Assembly (NCBI GenBank): GCA_030649445.1
Contig: JAUSKR010000006.1
Location: 1 to 27,846 of the forward strand
Direction: 5' to 3'
DNA length: 27,846 nt
Source: a bacterium
GTDB lineage: Bacteria; Patescibacteriota; UBA1384; XYA2-FULL-43-10; 1-14-0-10-43-13
Below the pieces are notes generated by a model. It was not told the DNA's origin. It made no database searches and saw only the letters and a list, made by a program, of their open reading frames with translations. A program made the position numbers and the translations under genes. Numbering within the stretch: the first letter of the stretch is position 1; the number at the start of each line of letters is the position of its first letter. Shown piece after piece: positions 1-8,863 of this stretch.

Positions 1-846
1 TTCACCCGGCATTATATAACCTCCGAACTCGCTGATCTCAAAATTGGATAATTTCTCCGCTTCTCCGCCCGTGCCAACCATGAACCCTGCCTCCTTCAGA
101 AGAGCTTCAATGTACATTCCGTGTGTAACAGCATTTATGATCACATCTTTTTGCAGCGGTGCTTCGTGTCTTTGTCTCATATCGTTATAATGCCGAATAG
201 CCTCAAGCTCATGTTGAAGCTGGTGAGCCAAGCCAATCGCCAAACGGTGGCAAGCCGGTTCGTTGTTCATCAGGTATTCAAAAGCTAGAGGCTGATATTT
301 CTGCCGGATCGGGGCAATCCTCTCCATGACATCAAGAGGTAATTTCTCAATATTTATTCTGAGCCTGCCGTTTTCGTCTTCTTCGTCAGTCCAGCCTTGA
401 TCCGGTTCTATTCTCATCAGTTCTTGCAAAGTTGCCCTCTCGACAATTTTTTTGCCGTTCGGAACTACATCACCCATATCCGGCTGGAGATAATCATACT
501 GAATCCCTGGCACTTCCCTCGTTCCGTATGTTTTATCGGTTAAAGGAGATTTAATCTGGGCTGATGCAGTAATCAATTCGCCGGTTTGTTTTGCTCTGCC
601 GGAACGATGGTCACTCACGCGCGCGGCTAAAACCTCAGCGCTACCCGCCATTCTCTCTCCTTTTTCTTTGGCATGAGCTATCCCCACTTGACTCAGCTGG
701 CCAGAAGGCACTCTCTCAAAATGACGCGTAATCATGAGCTGATACTTCGGTTGGTGCTCGGCTTCGACATCAGCCTCGTGAACAGGCTCATCCGCCCGAA
801 GCTCAGCCGGCTCAGTCTCTCCATGTAGTTCTTGATTAAACCCCAT
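1..846 (-). CDS. Histidine phosphatase superfamily protein, runs off the left edge (not in ORF track)
   Basis: Manual translation from ATG at 846 (GAGGAG SD upstream, 2 nt after the upstream stop) is open for 282 codons: MGFNQELHG...LMITRHFER...SDHRSGRAKQT...INAVTHGMYIEALL. Has the RH motif, a mid Arg and the THG second His. Confidence 0.75.
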   Translation of the reverse strand, partial: MGFNQELHGETEPAELRADEPVHEADVEAEHQPKYQLMITRHFERVPSGQLSQVGIAHAKEKGERMAGSAEVLAARVSDHRSGRAKQTGELITASAQIKSPLTDKTYGTREVPGIQYDYLQPDMGDVVPNGKKIVERATLQELMRIEPDQGWTDEEDENGRLRINIEKLPLDVMERIAPIRQKYQPLAFEYLMNNEPACHRLAIGLAHQLQHELEAIRHYNDMRQRHEAPLQKDVIINAVTHGMYIEALLKEAGFMVGTGGEAEKLSNFEISEFGGYIMPGE

Positions 847-848
847 TT

Positions 849-2345
849 TCAGCTCCTCTTTATTATTTTGACCAAGCCGTGGACTGCATCAACTTCAACT
901 CTGTCGCCGTCCTTTAATATTTTTGTTGCCTGTTTTGTCCCAACAACACATGGTACGCCCAATTCCCGGGCGACAATGGCCGCGTGACAGGTCAAGCCCC
1001 CCATATCAGTTACGAAAGCGGCCGCTTTTTTCATTGCTGGAAAAAGTTTGGGGTTCGTCGAACGCGACACCAGAATATCACCTTCCTCCATTTTAGCCAT
1101 GTCTGGAGTGTCATTTACAATCTTTACCACACCTTCAGCAGTGCCGGCAAAAGCAACTTGACCCCGAACACTATCCTCGCCTCCGATTTTTTCCTCGACA
1201 ATATTGTCTAGAATTGACCCAAGCAAATTATCATCTGTAACTTGGACAACGTCGCCCTGATAATCAAGAATGTAACCATGTTCTATCCTTTTGGATATTT
1301 CTTTTTTATTAATAGCCTTGCCACTGAGCAAGTCTCTGACTTCCCATTCAAACATATTTTTTAACATTTCCAGACTCACGTGCTTCCTTCTAGCCATTTC
1401 AGAAAAAAGAAATTCGACGCAGTAGTAGCTTTCTGCGAACGTACCTTTGCGGAAAAACTTAATCCAAACCATTCCGGCACCATGATGAAAAAACTTTTGA
1501 TCATCTTCGCTGATTTTGTATCTCTCTATGATCTGTAACTTTTTTTGTTTAATCAATTTCTCGGTCTCTTCGTAATTCCTGATTGTTTTCTCAAGTTTTA
1601 ATTTGTCCTTTGATTTCTCGATTATGCGAGTTTTAAATCCCTTAACCGTGATTGGAACACCATCAAAAGTATAATCAAGCCAAGTCCATTTTTCCTCGTG
1701 TAGCCTGATCTTTTCTGCAAGACTTTTCCATCTCTTATCCGCATTCAAATAATCCAAAGCCAAGTGTGATATTTCGAGATCATGCCTTGAAACGTAAGAT
1801 AACTTATCTGGGGAAGTTAGTGTCGAAAAAACCTCTTCACGAGTTTCGTCCTCAATCGGGTATTTTTCCAAGAGACTCTTCAAATGTTTTGTAAAAGTGT
1901 TTGTAAGTTCGATAATTGTCGGGATCGAACTATAATTCCGCATCGAGATAAACTTTTCGATAAAAGTATCATATAAATCAAGCAGCTCTTTGTCCGACTT
2001 TAGCCCGAAATTCATAGTTTGCAGACTTCTGGCAAACACAAGCAATGTCGCTGACCGTTTATCCACCATTTTCTCAACGAGCGGAAAGAATCCCTTGTCC
2101 GAAAGAATTTTTTCTAAAATATGTTCAGAAATTTTCTCATCCTCAGCAGGATCGGTATAAAACTTAAACATCTTATTCGTAATTTCGCAAAACGTTGCTG
2201 TCAATGTCTCACCAATAGACTCTTTGATAAATTTCGTTCTGCTGTGTGTCGCCATCAAAATAGAAAAAACATTCGCTGGTTCTTCATAACTGAGTAGCCA
2301 TTTGAAATCTTTCATTTTGGGCAATAATTTTTCTTGGTCAATCAT
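849..2345 (-). CDS. Variable N-terminal domain + C-terminal PEP-utilising phospho-His swivel domain (paralog 1)
   Basis: C-terminus VTDMGGLTCHAAIVARELGVPCVVGT; no ATP-grasp or TIM-barrel motifs. Confidence 0.9.
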   Translation of the reverse strand: MIDQEKLLPKMKDFKWLLSYEEPANVFSILMATHSRTKFIKESIGETLTATFCEITNKMFKFYTDPAEDEKISEHILEKILSDKGFFPLVEKMVDKRSATLLVFARSLQTMNFGLKSDKELLDLYDTFIEKFISMRNYSSIPTIIELTNTFTKHLKSLLEKYPIEDETREEVFSTLTSPDKLSYVSRHDLEISHLALDYLNADKRWKSLAEKIRLHEEKWTWLDYTFDGVPITVKGFKTRIIEKSKDKLKLEKTIRNYEETEKLIKQKKLQIIERYKISEDDQKFFHHGAGMVWIKFFRKGTFAESYYCVEFLFSEMARRKHVSLEMLKNMFEWEVRDLLSGKAINKKEISKRIEHGYILDYQGDVVQVTDDNLLGSILDNIVEEKIGGEDSVRGQVAFAGTAEGVVKIVNDTPDMAKMEEGDILVSRSTNPKLFPAMKKAAAFVTDMGGLTCHAAIVARELGVPCVVGTKQATKILKDGDRVEVDAVHGLVKIIKRS

Positions 2346-3738
2346 CGGTTCCTTTCGACTTTACTTTTCTGACAATCCCCTTATCAGCGTCAACCTCAAC
2401 TAAATCGCCATCTTCCAACACTTTTGTTGCATTTTTGGTACCAATTATACATGGCTTTTTCATTTCCCTTGCCACAATTGCCGCGTGAGAACTTATTCCG
2501 CCTTCATCTGTGACAAAAGCGCTAGCCATTTTCATAAACGGCAAAAATTCCGGCCGAGTCATACTTGTGACTAAAACATCCCCCCTATTTATCTCTTTTG
2601 CCGCCGAAGAATGAGGATCCAATATGATCTTTACTCTACCAGTAGCAAAACCTCTGGAAGCAATCAAACCTTTCAAAATATCGCCTGATGGCTCTTGGTT
2701 TTCAAGAACACTCTCAACTTGTTTCCATGTTTTTATTCCTTCCTGATAGGAGTAGTATTCGAAATCACCTTCCTTGGTCTTGTAAAGAAAAAAACCCTCT
2801 TCAATTCTCTTCCTTAACTTTCCCTCTGCGACCGCTCCAGCAAAAAAATCTTTGAATTCTTCAGGACGAATTGCATTCACGAGTTCCGTACTTATGTTTT
2901 GCCTCTTCGCAACTTCTCTTAAAATTTTAATCAAACCATAGAGACCTGTATAATTTAGTCTTTTGCGTTCATCTCGCCATTGAGCCAGCAGTGCAAATGG
3001 AGCGAAAGGATTGTCATTCATGCCATACTTCTTAAGTATCGATATTTTATCTATTTTTTCTACAGTTTCGTCAGTTTTTAATTCTTTCAAGTAAAACCCT
3101 ACTAAGTCGTCGTCCATTTCATGATAATTAGAATAATCCATTCCATACCAAAAAAACCTGTCTTTCAATTCTTCATAGGTGACGTGGCCATTCTTCAAGA
3201 TCAATAAGTTTTCATCTAGAGAAGAAATAAAAGACGGCTCACTCGGCATAAGAAGAACCTGAATATCAGAACTATTCATACAGTATTTTTTAGATATTTT
3301 TTCTATTTTTTCCTGATCAACACCAATATCGAAAGAATCTATAAATATTGCGCTGGCCCACATATCCAGATCGACTTTATATATTTCTTCGTAGATATTT
3401 TGGAGCTCTTTGGAATCTACAGTTGAGAGATCTCTTTTGTATATTTTGTGGGCTTGATCTGTTAATTTTAAGTCAACACTCCGCCAGGCGCTAAGCCAAT
3501 CATTTATACCGTCATCGTTGTATTTTTTCAAAAAAGCGTTAGCAGTAATGCGCCAGTTTTCTTCATAAAAGACGGCGCGCATGTAATTATTTTTAAAAAA
3601 CAAAAACCCCTCACCAAAATCACAAGGAAGGTACTTCCTCATCATTTTACTTGTAGTTATGTACGGCAAGGATACTTGAAAAGCGCCACACTTACCTTCT
3701 TGCTTATACAATTTTCTGTTTTTGTCAATTTCAATCAT
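2338..3738 (-). CDS. Variable N-terminal domain + His-swivel (paralog 2)
   Basis: VTDEGGISSHAAIVAREMKKPCIIGT at C-terminus; 8-nt overlap with downstream gene. Confidence 0.9.
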   Translation of the reverse strand: MIEIDKNRKLYKQEGKCGAFQVSLPYITTSKMMRKYLPCDFGEGFLFFKNNYMRAVFYEENWRITANAFLKKYNDDGINDWLSAWRSVDLKLTDQAHKIYKRDLSTVDSKELQNIYEEIYKVDLDMWASAIFIDSFDIGVDQEKIEKISKKYCMNSSDIQVLLMPSEPSFISSLDENLLILKNGHVTYEELKDRFFWYGMDYSNYHEMDDDLVGFYLKELKTDETVEKIDKISILKKYGMNDNPFAPFALLAQWRDERKRLNYTGLYGLIKILREVAKRQNISTELVNAIRPEEFKDFFAGAVAEGKLRKRIEEGFFLYKTKEGDFEYYSYQEGIKTWKQVESVLENQEPSGDILKGLIASRGFATGRVKIILDPHSSAAKEINRGDVLVTSMTRPEFLPFMKMASAFVTDEGGISSHAAIVAREMKKPCIIGTKNATKVLEDGDLVEVDADKGIVRKVKSKGTDD

Positions 3739-3747
3739 AAAATCTTT

Positions 3748-4692
3748 TTAAATACTTAGCGTCGTTATTGGCCGGCTTTGGACAATATAGAATTTACCTT
3801 TCTCATACGCCCATTCGATGTCGCAGGGGAAACCGTAATGTTTTTCGATTTGCAGGCAGATTTTGGCTAGTTCAATAATTCCGCCGTCTGATAATTTCTG
3901 CACTTCGCGCCTACTCTCTGCCACCTCCATCTCAGCCGTACCATTATTCTGACGGACAATTTTAATCGATTGCTCCGAAATGTATTTATCAGTAATTTCC
4001 AAATTTTTCTTATCAACGACATAATTATCCGGTGTGATCAGACCGCCGACAATCGCCTCCCCCAGCCCCCAGCCGGCCTCGAGAACCATTTGATTGTGAT
4101 CCTCCGTCACCGGATGGACGGTGAAGCAAATGCCGGAGACTTCGGACTCGACCATCTTCTGGATGACGACGGCGACGGAAACTTTGTCCTTGTGCATATT
4201 CTTTTCGATGCGATAGAAGATTGCCCGCGGGGTAAAAAGCGACGCCCAACATTTCTGGACATTTTCAAGCAAATTTTCCCTGGTCGTATTTAGATAACTC
4301 TCCAGCTCGCCGGCCCAGGATGCACTGCTACCATCTTCGGCTGTTGCGCTTGAACGAACGGCGACAAATTCAGCGTCCAGTTCAGCAAAATGTTTCAGGA
4401 TCTCAGTTTCAATATCAGCCGGCATTTTTGAATTCAATATAATGCTTTGAATTTCCGCCGAGGCACCATCAACTGAATTGATGTCTTTCTGGTTTACTTT
4501 CGATAAAATTGAATCGATGTCTGCCTCGATCTGGTTTTCCCGCAAAAATTGCTCAAACGACTCCGCCAAAATGACAAAGCCAGGCGGTACTGGAATCCCC
4601 GCACTGGTCATCTCGCCGAGAGACGCACCCTTGCCTCCGGCAATCCCGGCATTACCCTTGCCTAATTTTGAAAAATTTCTGATTAGTTCCAT
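3748..4692 (-). CDS. Stand-alone ATP-grasp (nucleotide-binding) domain of the PEP synthase/PPDK family
   Basis: AGGKGASLG, VPPGF, VAVRSSATAEDGSSASWAG, VQKMV, GLGEAIVGG, DIEWA, IVQSRPIT; protein ends right after RPIT, with no His domain. Confidence 0.93.
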   Translation of the reverse strand: MELIRNFSKLGKGNAGIAGGKGASLGEMTSAGIPVPPGFVILAESFEQFLRENQIEADIDSILSKVNQKDINSVDGASAEIQSIILNSKMPADIETEILKHFAELDAEFVAVRSSATAEDGSSASWAGELESYLNTTRENLLENVQKCWASLFTPRAIFYRIEKNMHKDKVSVAVVIQKMVESEVSGICFTVHPVTEDHNQMVLEAGWGLGEAIVGGLITPDNYVVDKKNLEITDKYISEQSIKIVRQNNGTAEMEVAESRREVQKLSDGGIIELAKICLQIEKHYGFPCDIEWAYEKGKFYIVQSRPITTLSI

Positions 4693-6155
4693 TATTTTGC
4701 CTTTTCAATTATTTTAACCATACCTGTACTGGCATCTACTTCTATTAGATCGCCATCCTTTAATATTTTAGTGGCTTTTTTCGTTCCGATGATGCATAAA
4801 ATACTAAGTTCTCGGGATATAATCGCCGCATGGCAAGTAATTCCGCCCTCATCAGTCACGACGGCCGACGCCTTTCTCACAGCTGATGTAAACTGAGGCG
4901 TTGTCATAGGAGACACAACGATGTCACCGTTCTCCACTTTGGACAAATCGTCCGGCACAAACAATAATCTCGCTCTGCCCCTGACAACATCTCGTTTCCC
5001 CTTGGAAGCAACCACACCTTGGATCAATTCGACAGGACCAGATTCTTCGATAAGTGTATTGAATTCCTTAGCTTTCAGACCAGTATCTATAAATTTAATA
5101 TGATTTTCGACTCCAACCAAAAAACTATTCTTTCGCTGTTTATAGATGTTCTCGATTGAATCTTCTTGATTGCAATTATCTATAATTTCGTTGATATCGA
5201 GGTATTTGAGTTTAACTTTATCTATCCCAAGCGACTCACCATAACGATCCAGCAATTTATCATAAGCGATATGGACGTATGCAGTATATTCTTTTCTATT
5301 GTCCGCCATCATCGTCATAATAATTAGATCGCCCAATAATCTCTGTACCGACTTTCCGATTTTGTATTTTTTGAACAGCTCTTCTTTATTTTTTAAAAGT
5401 TTGTTTTTAGTTGATTTTAAATCAGACAATCTGCTACTCACGCTCTGCAAGCCCCTACCGACAAGATCTTTCAGAACCTTGCGATAATGTTCTTCGTCAT
5501 AAAATGTCGGCCCATCATAACCAAAAGGAATCCAATAATATTTCCTGACCAATCGATTGATTTCATGGTCAATTTTGGAGCCGTTGCCCAAAATTTTAAT
5601 CGCTGATTTCAGAGTGTCAATTTCCTCATTTGCGCTGAAACTGTTTTCACAAGGAGCAGCCAAAAGCTGAAAAACGCTGTCTGACAATACAAAATCTGAT
5701 TTGCTAATTTCTTCATTAATGTAATATTTTAAAGATTCTGCTCCGATATGCCAGGACAGTTCAAGATTGTTGTATTTAAGCCAGGATCTTTTGATATTCA
5801 GGGAGAAATTATTCAGCTCGTCAAATGAAAGGTTCGTCTGACTGTTAATCGCACCAATAGTCTCCAATGCTAACCTTTTCAGATCCTCACCTCTCTTCTG
5901 CTGCTCAATGTTTATGCCGGAAATGTATTTATCGTCATTCATTATCTTCTGCAGAATTGAATTACCAATTTTTTTCAGCTCGTTTGTCGGATAGAGCGCG
6001 GTAACAAAAACTTTATCATGTAGAAAGTAAATATTGGCGAAAGACTGACCACATATTTCTCGAGCCTCCGCACTAGAGTGAACTTCAATGCTCCAATCGG
6101 CTGGCCACGGATAATATTTTCGGGTTCTCAAAATTTTAAAATCTTCTTTTTTCAT
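4692..6155 (-). CDS. Variable N-terminal domain + His-swivel (paralog 3); ORF track extends to a TTG at 6179
   Basis: VTDEGGITCHAAIISREL; ATG at 6155 lies 1 nt after the upstream stop; 1-nt TAATG overlap with the ATP-grasp gene. Confidence 0.88.
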   Translation of the reverse strand: MKKEDFKILRTRKYYPWPADWSIEVHSSAEAREICGQSFANIYFLHDKVFVTALYPTNELKKIGNSILQKIMNDDKYISGINIEQQKRGEDLKRLALETIGAINSQTNLSFDELNNFSLNIKRSWLKYNNLELSWHIGAESLKYYINEEISKSDFVLSDSVFQLLAAPCENSFSANEEIDTLKSAIKILGNGSKIDHEINRLVRKYYWIPFGYDGPTFYDEEHYRKVLKDLVGRGLQSVSSRLSDLKSTKNKLLKNKEELFKKYKIGKSVQRLLGDLIIMTMMADNRKEYTAYVHIAYDKLLDRYGESLGIDKVKLKYLDINEIIDNCNQEDSIENIYKQRKNSFLVGVENHIKFIDTGLKAKEFNTLIEESGPVELIQGVVASKGKRDVVRGRARLLFVPDDLSKVENGDIVVSPMTTPQFTSAVRKASAVVTDEGGITCHAAIISRELSILCIIGTKKATKILKDGDLIEVDASTGMVKIIEKAK

Positions 6156-6156
6156 C

Positions 6157-7215
6157 TCATACCCTTGAATATGCTTCAATCAGTTTGTCTCCTCCAAAAG
6201 ATCCGCTGTAATGTTTTAGCGTCATTTCATAACTCGGAAAAACGTCCTCAATTAGAGCCTTATCTTTAATCCGATCGAGTAATTTGCGATCCGGACGCCA
6301 GTCCATTTCGACAAGATCAAACAATTTCTTTAGTTGATAATGTTCCTGAAAAACAAATTTTATTTTTTGATCTTCGAAATTCATCCCGAGATATTTCTCA
6401 AATTGCTCCGCCGCAATCGGCATCACTTTTTCTCTAAAATCTCTCAGTTTGTCCAGATTATCCAATTTTTTACCATCAACCTCGACATTATATCTCGTCA
6501 AATTGTTCACTGTGTTGTCAGTGTATGTGATGTGGCATCCAACGAAGGCAATCTTCGCATCAATATTTTTGTAGGTAGTGATAATCGAAACATCCTTAAA
6601 ATCCCAAACGATTTTCGGCCAGATATCCTTGGGATTTAGATCTGGAAAAGAACGAAGTAGTATCATCTCATCATCGATTTTGTAAGGACCTGTAATCTCG
6701 TAGTCAAAATCAGTACACCAATCGTTGTAAAGACCATGAGTAAGAGACGCTAGGGCGACCAAAATCTTGCCAATCTCACGAGATTCCTCCTGAGAAGCCG
6801 GCTTGAGCTGATGATTTTCTAATTTTTTTCTAACTTCATCGTCAGCATACTCGATATTTTTATCATAGGCGAACAAATCTTCTTTTGACCGTAATTTGAG
6901 TGATTTAACAAAAAAAGTTTGAATCGTCGTTACCATTTCTGGGTTCTCGACTTTTGAAAGATGATAATGAATCATATCCATCAAAATGATGAATCGGGTG
7001 GAAGAAAGGTTGGGAAATAGTTCAAGGCAATCTTCGATTTTAAGATCTTTATTTTCAAAAGCCAAAATCATTTCATAAATTTTTTCAAGCCAGAGATCGC
7101 TGTAATGCGGAAGCAAGCCCCATGCATCGAAGGGCAGATGAGACGCCGGATCATGATTTGTAAATAATTGGTAGGATGATCTTAAAAACGGATCAATCCA
7201 ATCAGGCTTCTTCAT
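6157..7215 (-). CDS. Hypothetical protein, 352 aa, soluble
   Basis: Long ORF coupled on both sides (ATGA overlap upstream); no motif recognised. Confidence 0.8.
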   Translation of the reverse strand: MKKPDWIDPFLRSSYQLFTNHDPASHLPFDAWGLLPHYSDLWLEKIYEMILAFENKDLKIEDCLELFPNLSSTRFIILMDMIHYHLSKVENPEMVTTIQTFFVKSLKLRSKEDLFAYDKNIEYADDEVRKKLENHQLKPASQEESREIGKILVALASLTHGLYNDWCTDFDYEITGPYKIDDEMILLRSFPDLNPKDIWPKIVWDFKDVSIITTYKNIDAKIAFVGCHITYTDNTVNNLTRYNVEVDGKKLDNLDKLRDFREKVMPIAAEQFEKYLGMNFEDQKIKFVFQEHYQLKKLFDLVEMDWRPDRKLLDRIKDKALIEDVFPSYEMTLKHYSGSFGGDKLIEAYSRV

Positions 7216-8123
7216 TCTGATGCCTCACTATTACTTTGTGTGTCATCTTGATTATCAATCACCTTTTGAAAACGATCGCCATATGTAAAAGTAACAGAAT
7301 CTTCTTGGATACCGAGAGATATCGTTTCAGTTTCTCTCATCGTGCCGCCGAATGATTCGAAAGTCTCAGGTCTCATCTGCCCGCCATCCGCGAGGTACAC
7401 CGCTAAAGCGTCTAGATTCACCGCATGACCGACAAAGACAATTTCAGTCGGCCGATCACCGATATACTTTCTAGTAAATTCGTGAAGGCGCCTGATGCTC
7501 TTGAGTTGATTCTCAGCGACGGCTCTTGGATCTGGTCCATGGATGCTGTCTTCGCCAACCTGTAAAACACCACCTTCGTTTCGGAAATTTTCCAACCAAA
7601 ATTTTATTGCTTCATCATCATTATTACCAGCTCTTTTTTGAATTTCACTATAGTAAGGCATCTTGCCTTCTGCGTCAGTCCAAACTCCGCGCACACCGAA
7701 TCCAGCCATTGCAAGTGGCGCTACAACCACCACTTTTTCATCAGGATGCGTTCTGACTGATTCAGCAGTAGATCTGACACTTTCTCCGATACTCGCTCCA
7801 GTCGAAACAACTTCGTCTTCGCCAATGACTTCTATATCTAGAGCATCATCCTCTGTTATTAATTTTTCCAGTTCATCGCCATAGACTCGCAATGTGGATT
7901 TGCTTCGGACTAATTCGGAGGCTCCGGCAAGGAAAAAAACGGTTCCTTCCGGCGCTGACTTAATATGCTCCAAGATTGCTCGGGCTCTTGTTTGCGCAAG
8001 TTCGACACCTCCTTCCGTGATGCCGGGATATTCCGGAGACTCCGTCCCTCTCCCTGCTTTAAAACTTTTAGTGTGCCTTGTTCCTAAAAATTGGATGTCA
8101 TCTGGAGTTAAGCCTTCACTCAT
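7212..8123 (-). CDS. Histidine phosphatase superfamily protein
   Basis: FLGTRHTKS (RH motif), ASELVRSKST, IVFVGHAVNLDAL (second His). Confidence 0.7.
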   Translation of the reverse strand: MSEGLTPDDIQFLGTRHTKSFKAGRGTESPEYPGITEGGVELAQTRARAILEHIKSAPEGTVFFLAGASELVRSKSTLRVYGDELEKLITEDDALDIEVIGEDEVVSTGASIGESVRSTAESVRTHPDEKVVVVAPLAMAGFGVRGVWTDAEGKMPYYSEIQKRAGNNDDEAIKFWLENFRNEGGVLQVGEDSIHGPDPRAVAENQLKSIRRLHEFTRKYIGDRPTEIVFVGHAVNLDALAVYLADGGQMRPETFESFGGTMRETETISLGIQEDSVTFTYGDRFQKVIDNQDDTQSNSEASE

Positions 8124-8458
8124 ACTTCCTCCTCAATTAAATAAATCTTGCCATTTTTTCCGTCTACTCTAACAAGCATACCATCTTTCAAAACAGTAGT
8201 GGCAACTTTCGTTGAAACGACACATGGAGTGCCCATTTCTCGCGACACAATCGCTGGATGCGAAGTTAGGCCTCCAACATCAGTCACGATCGCTGCCGCC
8301 TTCGCCATCATCATAATCATCGTCGGATTAGTTAATTTAGTCACCAAAATTTCTCCGTCCTGAAAATTCGGCGCATCAGCACTAGAATGCACAATCCGAA
8401 CACGACCAGTCGCCTCGCCAATGCTTGCCGCAATTCCTGTCAAAATTTCTTTTTCCAT
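8120..8458 (-). CDS. Stand-alone phospho-His swivel (PEP-utiliser mobile) domain, 112 aa
   Basis: GIAASIGEATGRV...VTDVGGLTSHPAIVSREMGTPCVV; GAGGAG SD upstream. Confidence 0.9.
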   Translation of the reverse strand: MEKEILTGIAASIGEATGRVRIVHSSADAPNFQDGEILVTKLTNPTMIMMMAKAAAIVTDVGGLTSHPAIVSREMGTPCVVSTKVATTVLKDGMLVRVDGKNGKIYLIEEEV

Positions 8459-8472
8459 TACACTCCTCTTCT

Positions 8473-8550
8473 TTAAAACTCACAATTTGTTACTTTTGCA
8501 ATCCCGGCATCATCTTTGCCAAGTTTTGAAAAATTTCTGATTAATTCCAT
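8473..8550 (-). pseudogene. Truncated duplicate of the 5' end of the ATP-grasp gene (25 aa)
   Basis: MELIRNFSKLGKDDAGIAKVTNCEF*; 16/18 aa and 47/54 nt identical to the start of 3748..4692; AAGGA SD upstream. Confidence 0.85.
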
Positions 8551-8564
8551 CTTTTCCTTAATTC

Positions 8565-8573
8565 TGATATGAT
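8565..8573 (+). promoter_or_regulatory. Extended -10 promoter candidate for hairpin unit 1
   Basis: TG-a-TATGAT, 7 nt before ATCACGATGAGAG; -35 poor. Confidence 0.45.
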
Positions 8574-8579
8574 TACACC

Positions 8580-8636
8580 ATCACGATGAGAGCAGGTTCA
8601 TGATGTTTTGTCTTCATGTAATTGGCTCTCTTTTTT
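8580..8636 (+). ncRNA. Candidate small RNA unit 1
   Basis: ATCACGATGAGAG leader, GAGAGC/GCTCTC outer stem, CATGA/TCATG inner stem, T6 tail. Confidence 0.45.
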
Positions 8637-8659
8637 GTTCTACATCATTAAATTTTCTA

Positions 8660-8688
8660 TTGACATTCTTCTTTTGATCTAGTAAAAT
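8660..8688 (+). promoter_or_regulatory. Sigma70 promoter for hairpin unit 2
   Basis: TTGACA-17 bp-TAAAAT. Confidence 0.7.
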
Positions 8689-8698
8689 TCTAGCTAGA

Positions 8699-8754
8699 AT
8701 CACGATGAGAGGACTACCAAAGGGTTTCGTCCCGAGGGAATGCCTCTCTTTTTT
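8699..8754 (+). ncRNA. Candidate small RNA unit 2
   Basis: Same 13-nt leader as unit 1, GAGAGG/CCTCTC stem, inner GGG/CCC hairpin, T6 tail. Confidence 0.5.
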
Positions 8755-8769
8755 ATTGCCGCCTGACCA

Positions 8770-8797
8770 TTGACAATACAATATTATTTGATACAAT
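8770..8797 (+). promoter_or_regulatory. Sigma70 promoter for hairpin unit 3
   Basis: TTGACA-16 bp-TACAAT with TG-n extension. Confidence 0.65.
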
Positions 8798-8803
8798 TGT
8801 AAC

Positions 8804-8863
8804 ATCATCAGGGAGAAAACGAGCCTCTAGCCACGTGCTAGATGAGTGCACGCCTCCCTTTTT
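8804..8863 (+). ncRNA. Candidate small RNA unit 3, antisense to the NYN gene 3' end
   Basis: ATCATCAGGGAG leader, AGGGAG/CTCCCT stem, TCTAGC/GCTAGA inner stem, T5 tail; spans the NYN stop codon. Confidence 0.5.

Noticed and set aside
8614-8808. 64-aa ORF on the minus strand
   Set aside because: Runs through promoters and hairpins, has no SD and no protein-like composition; better explained by the repeat units.
8580-8863. CRISPR array or hammerhead ribozyme
   Set aside because: Only a 13-nt shared leader, per-unit promoters and no cas genes. Hammerhead-like words (GATGAG on +, GGACGAAAC and CTGATGA on -) are not in the right order on one strand.
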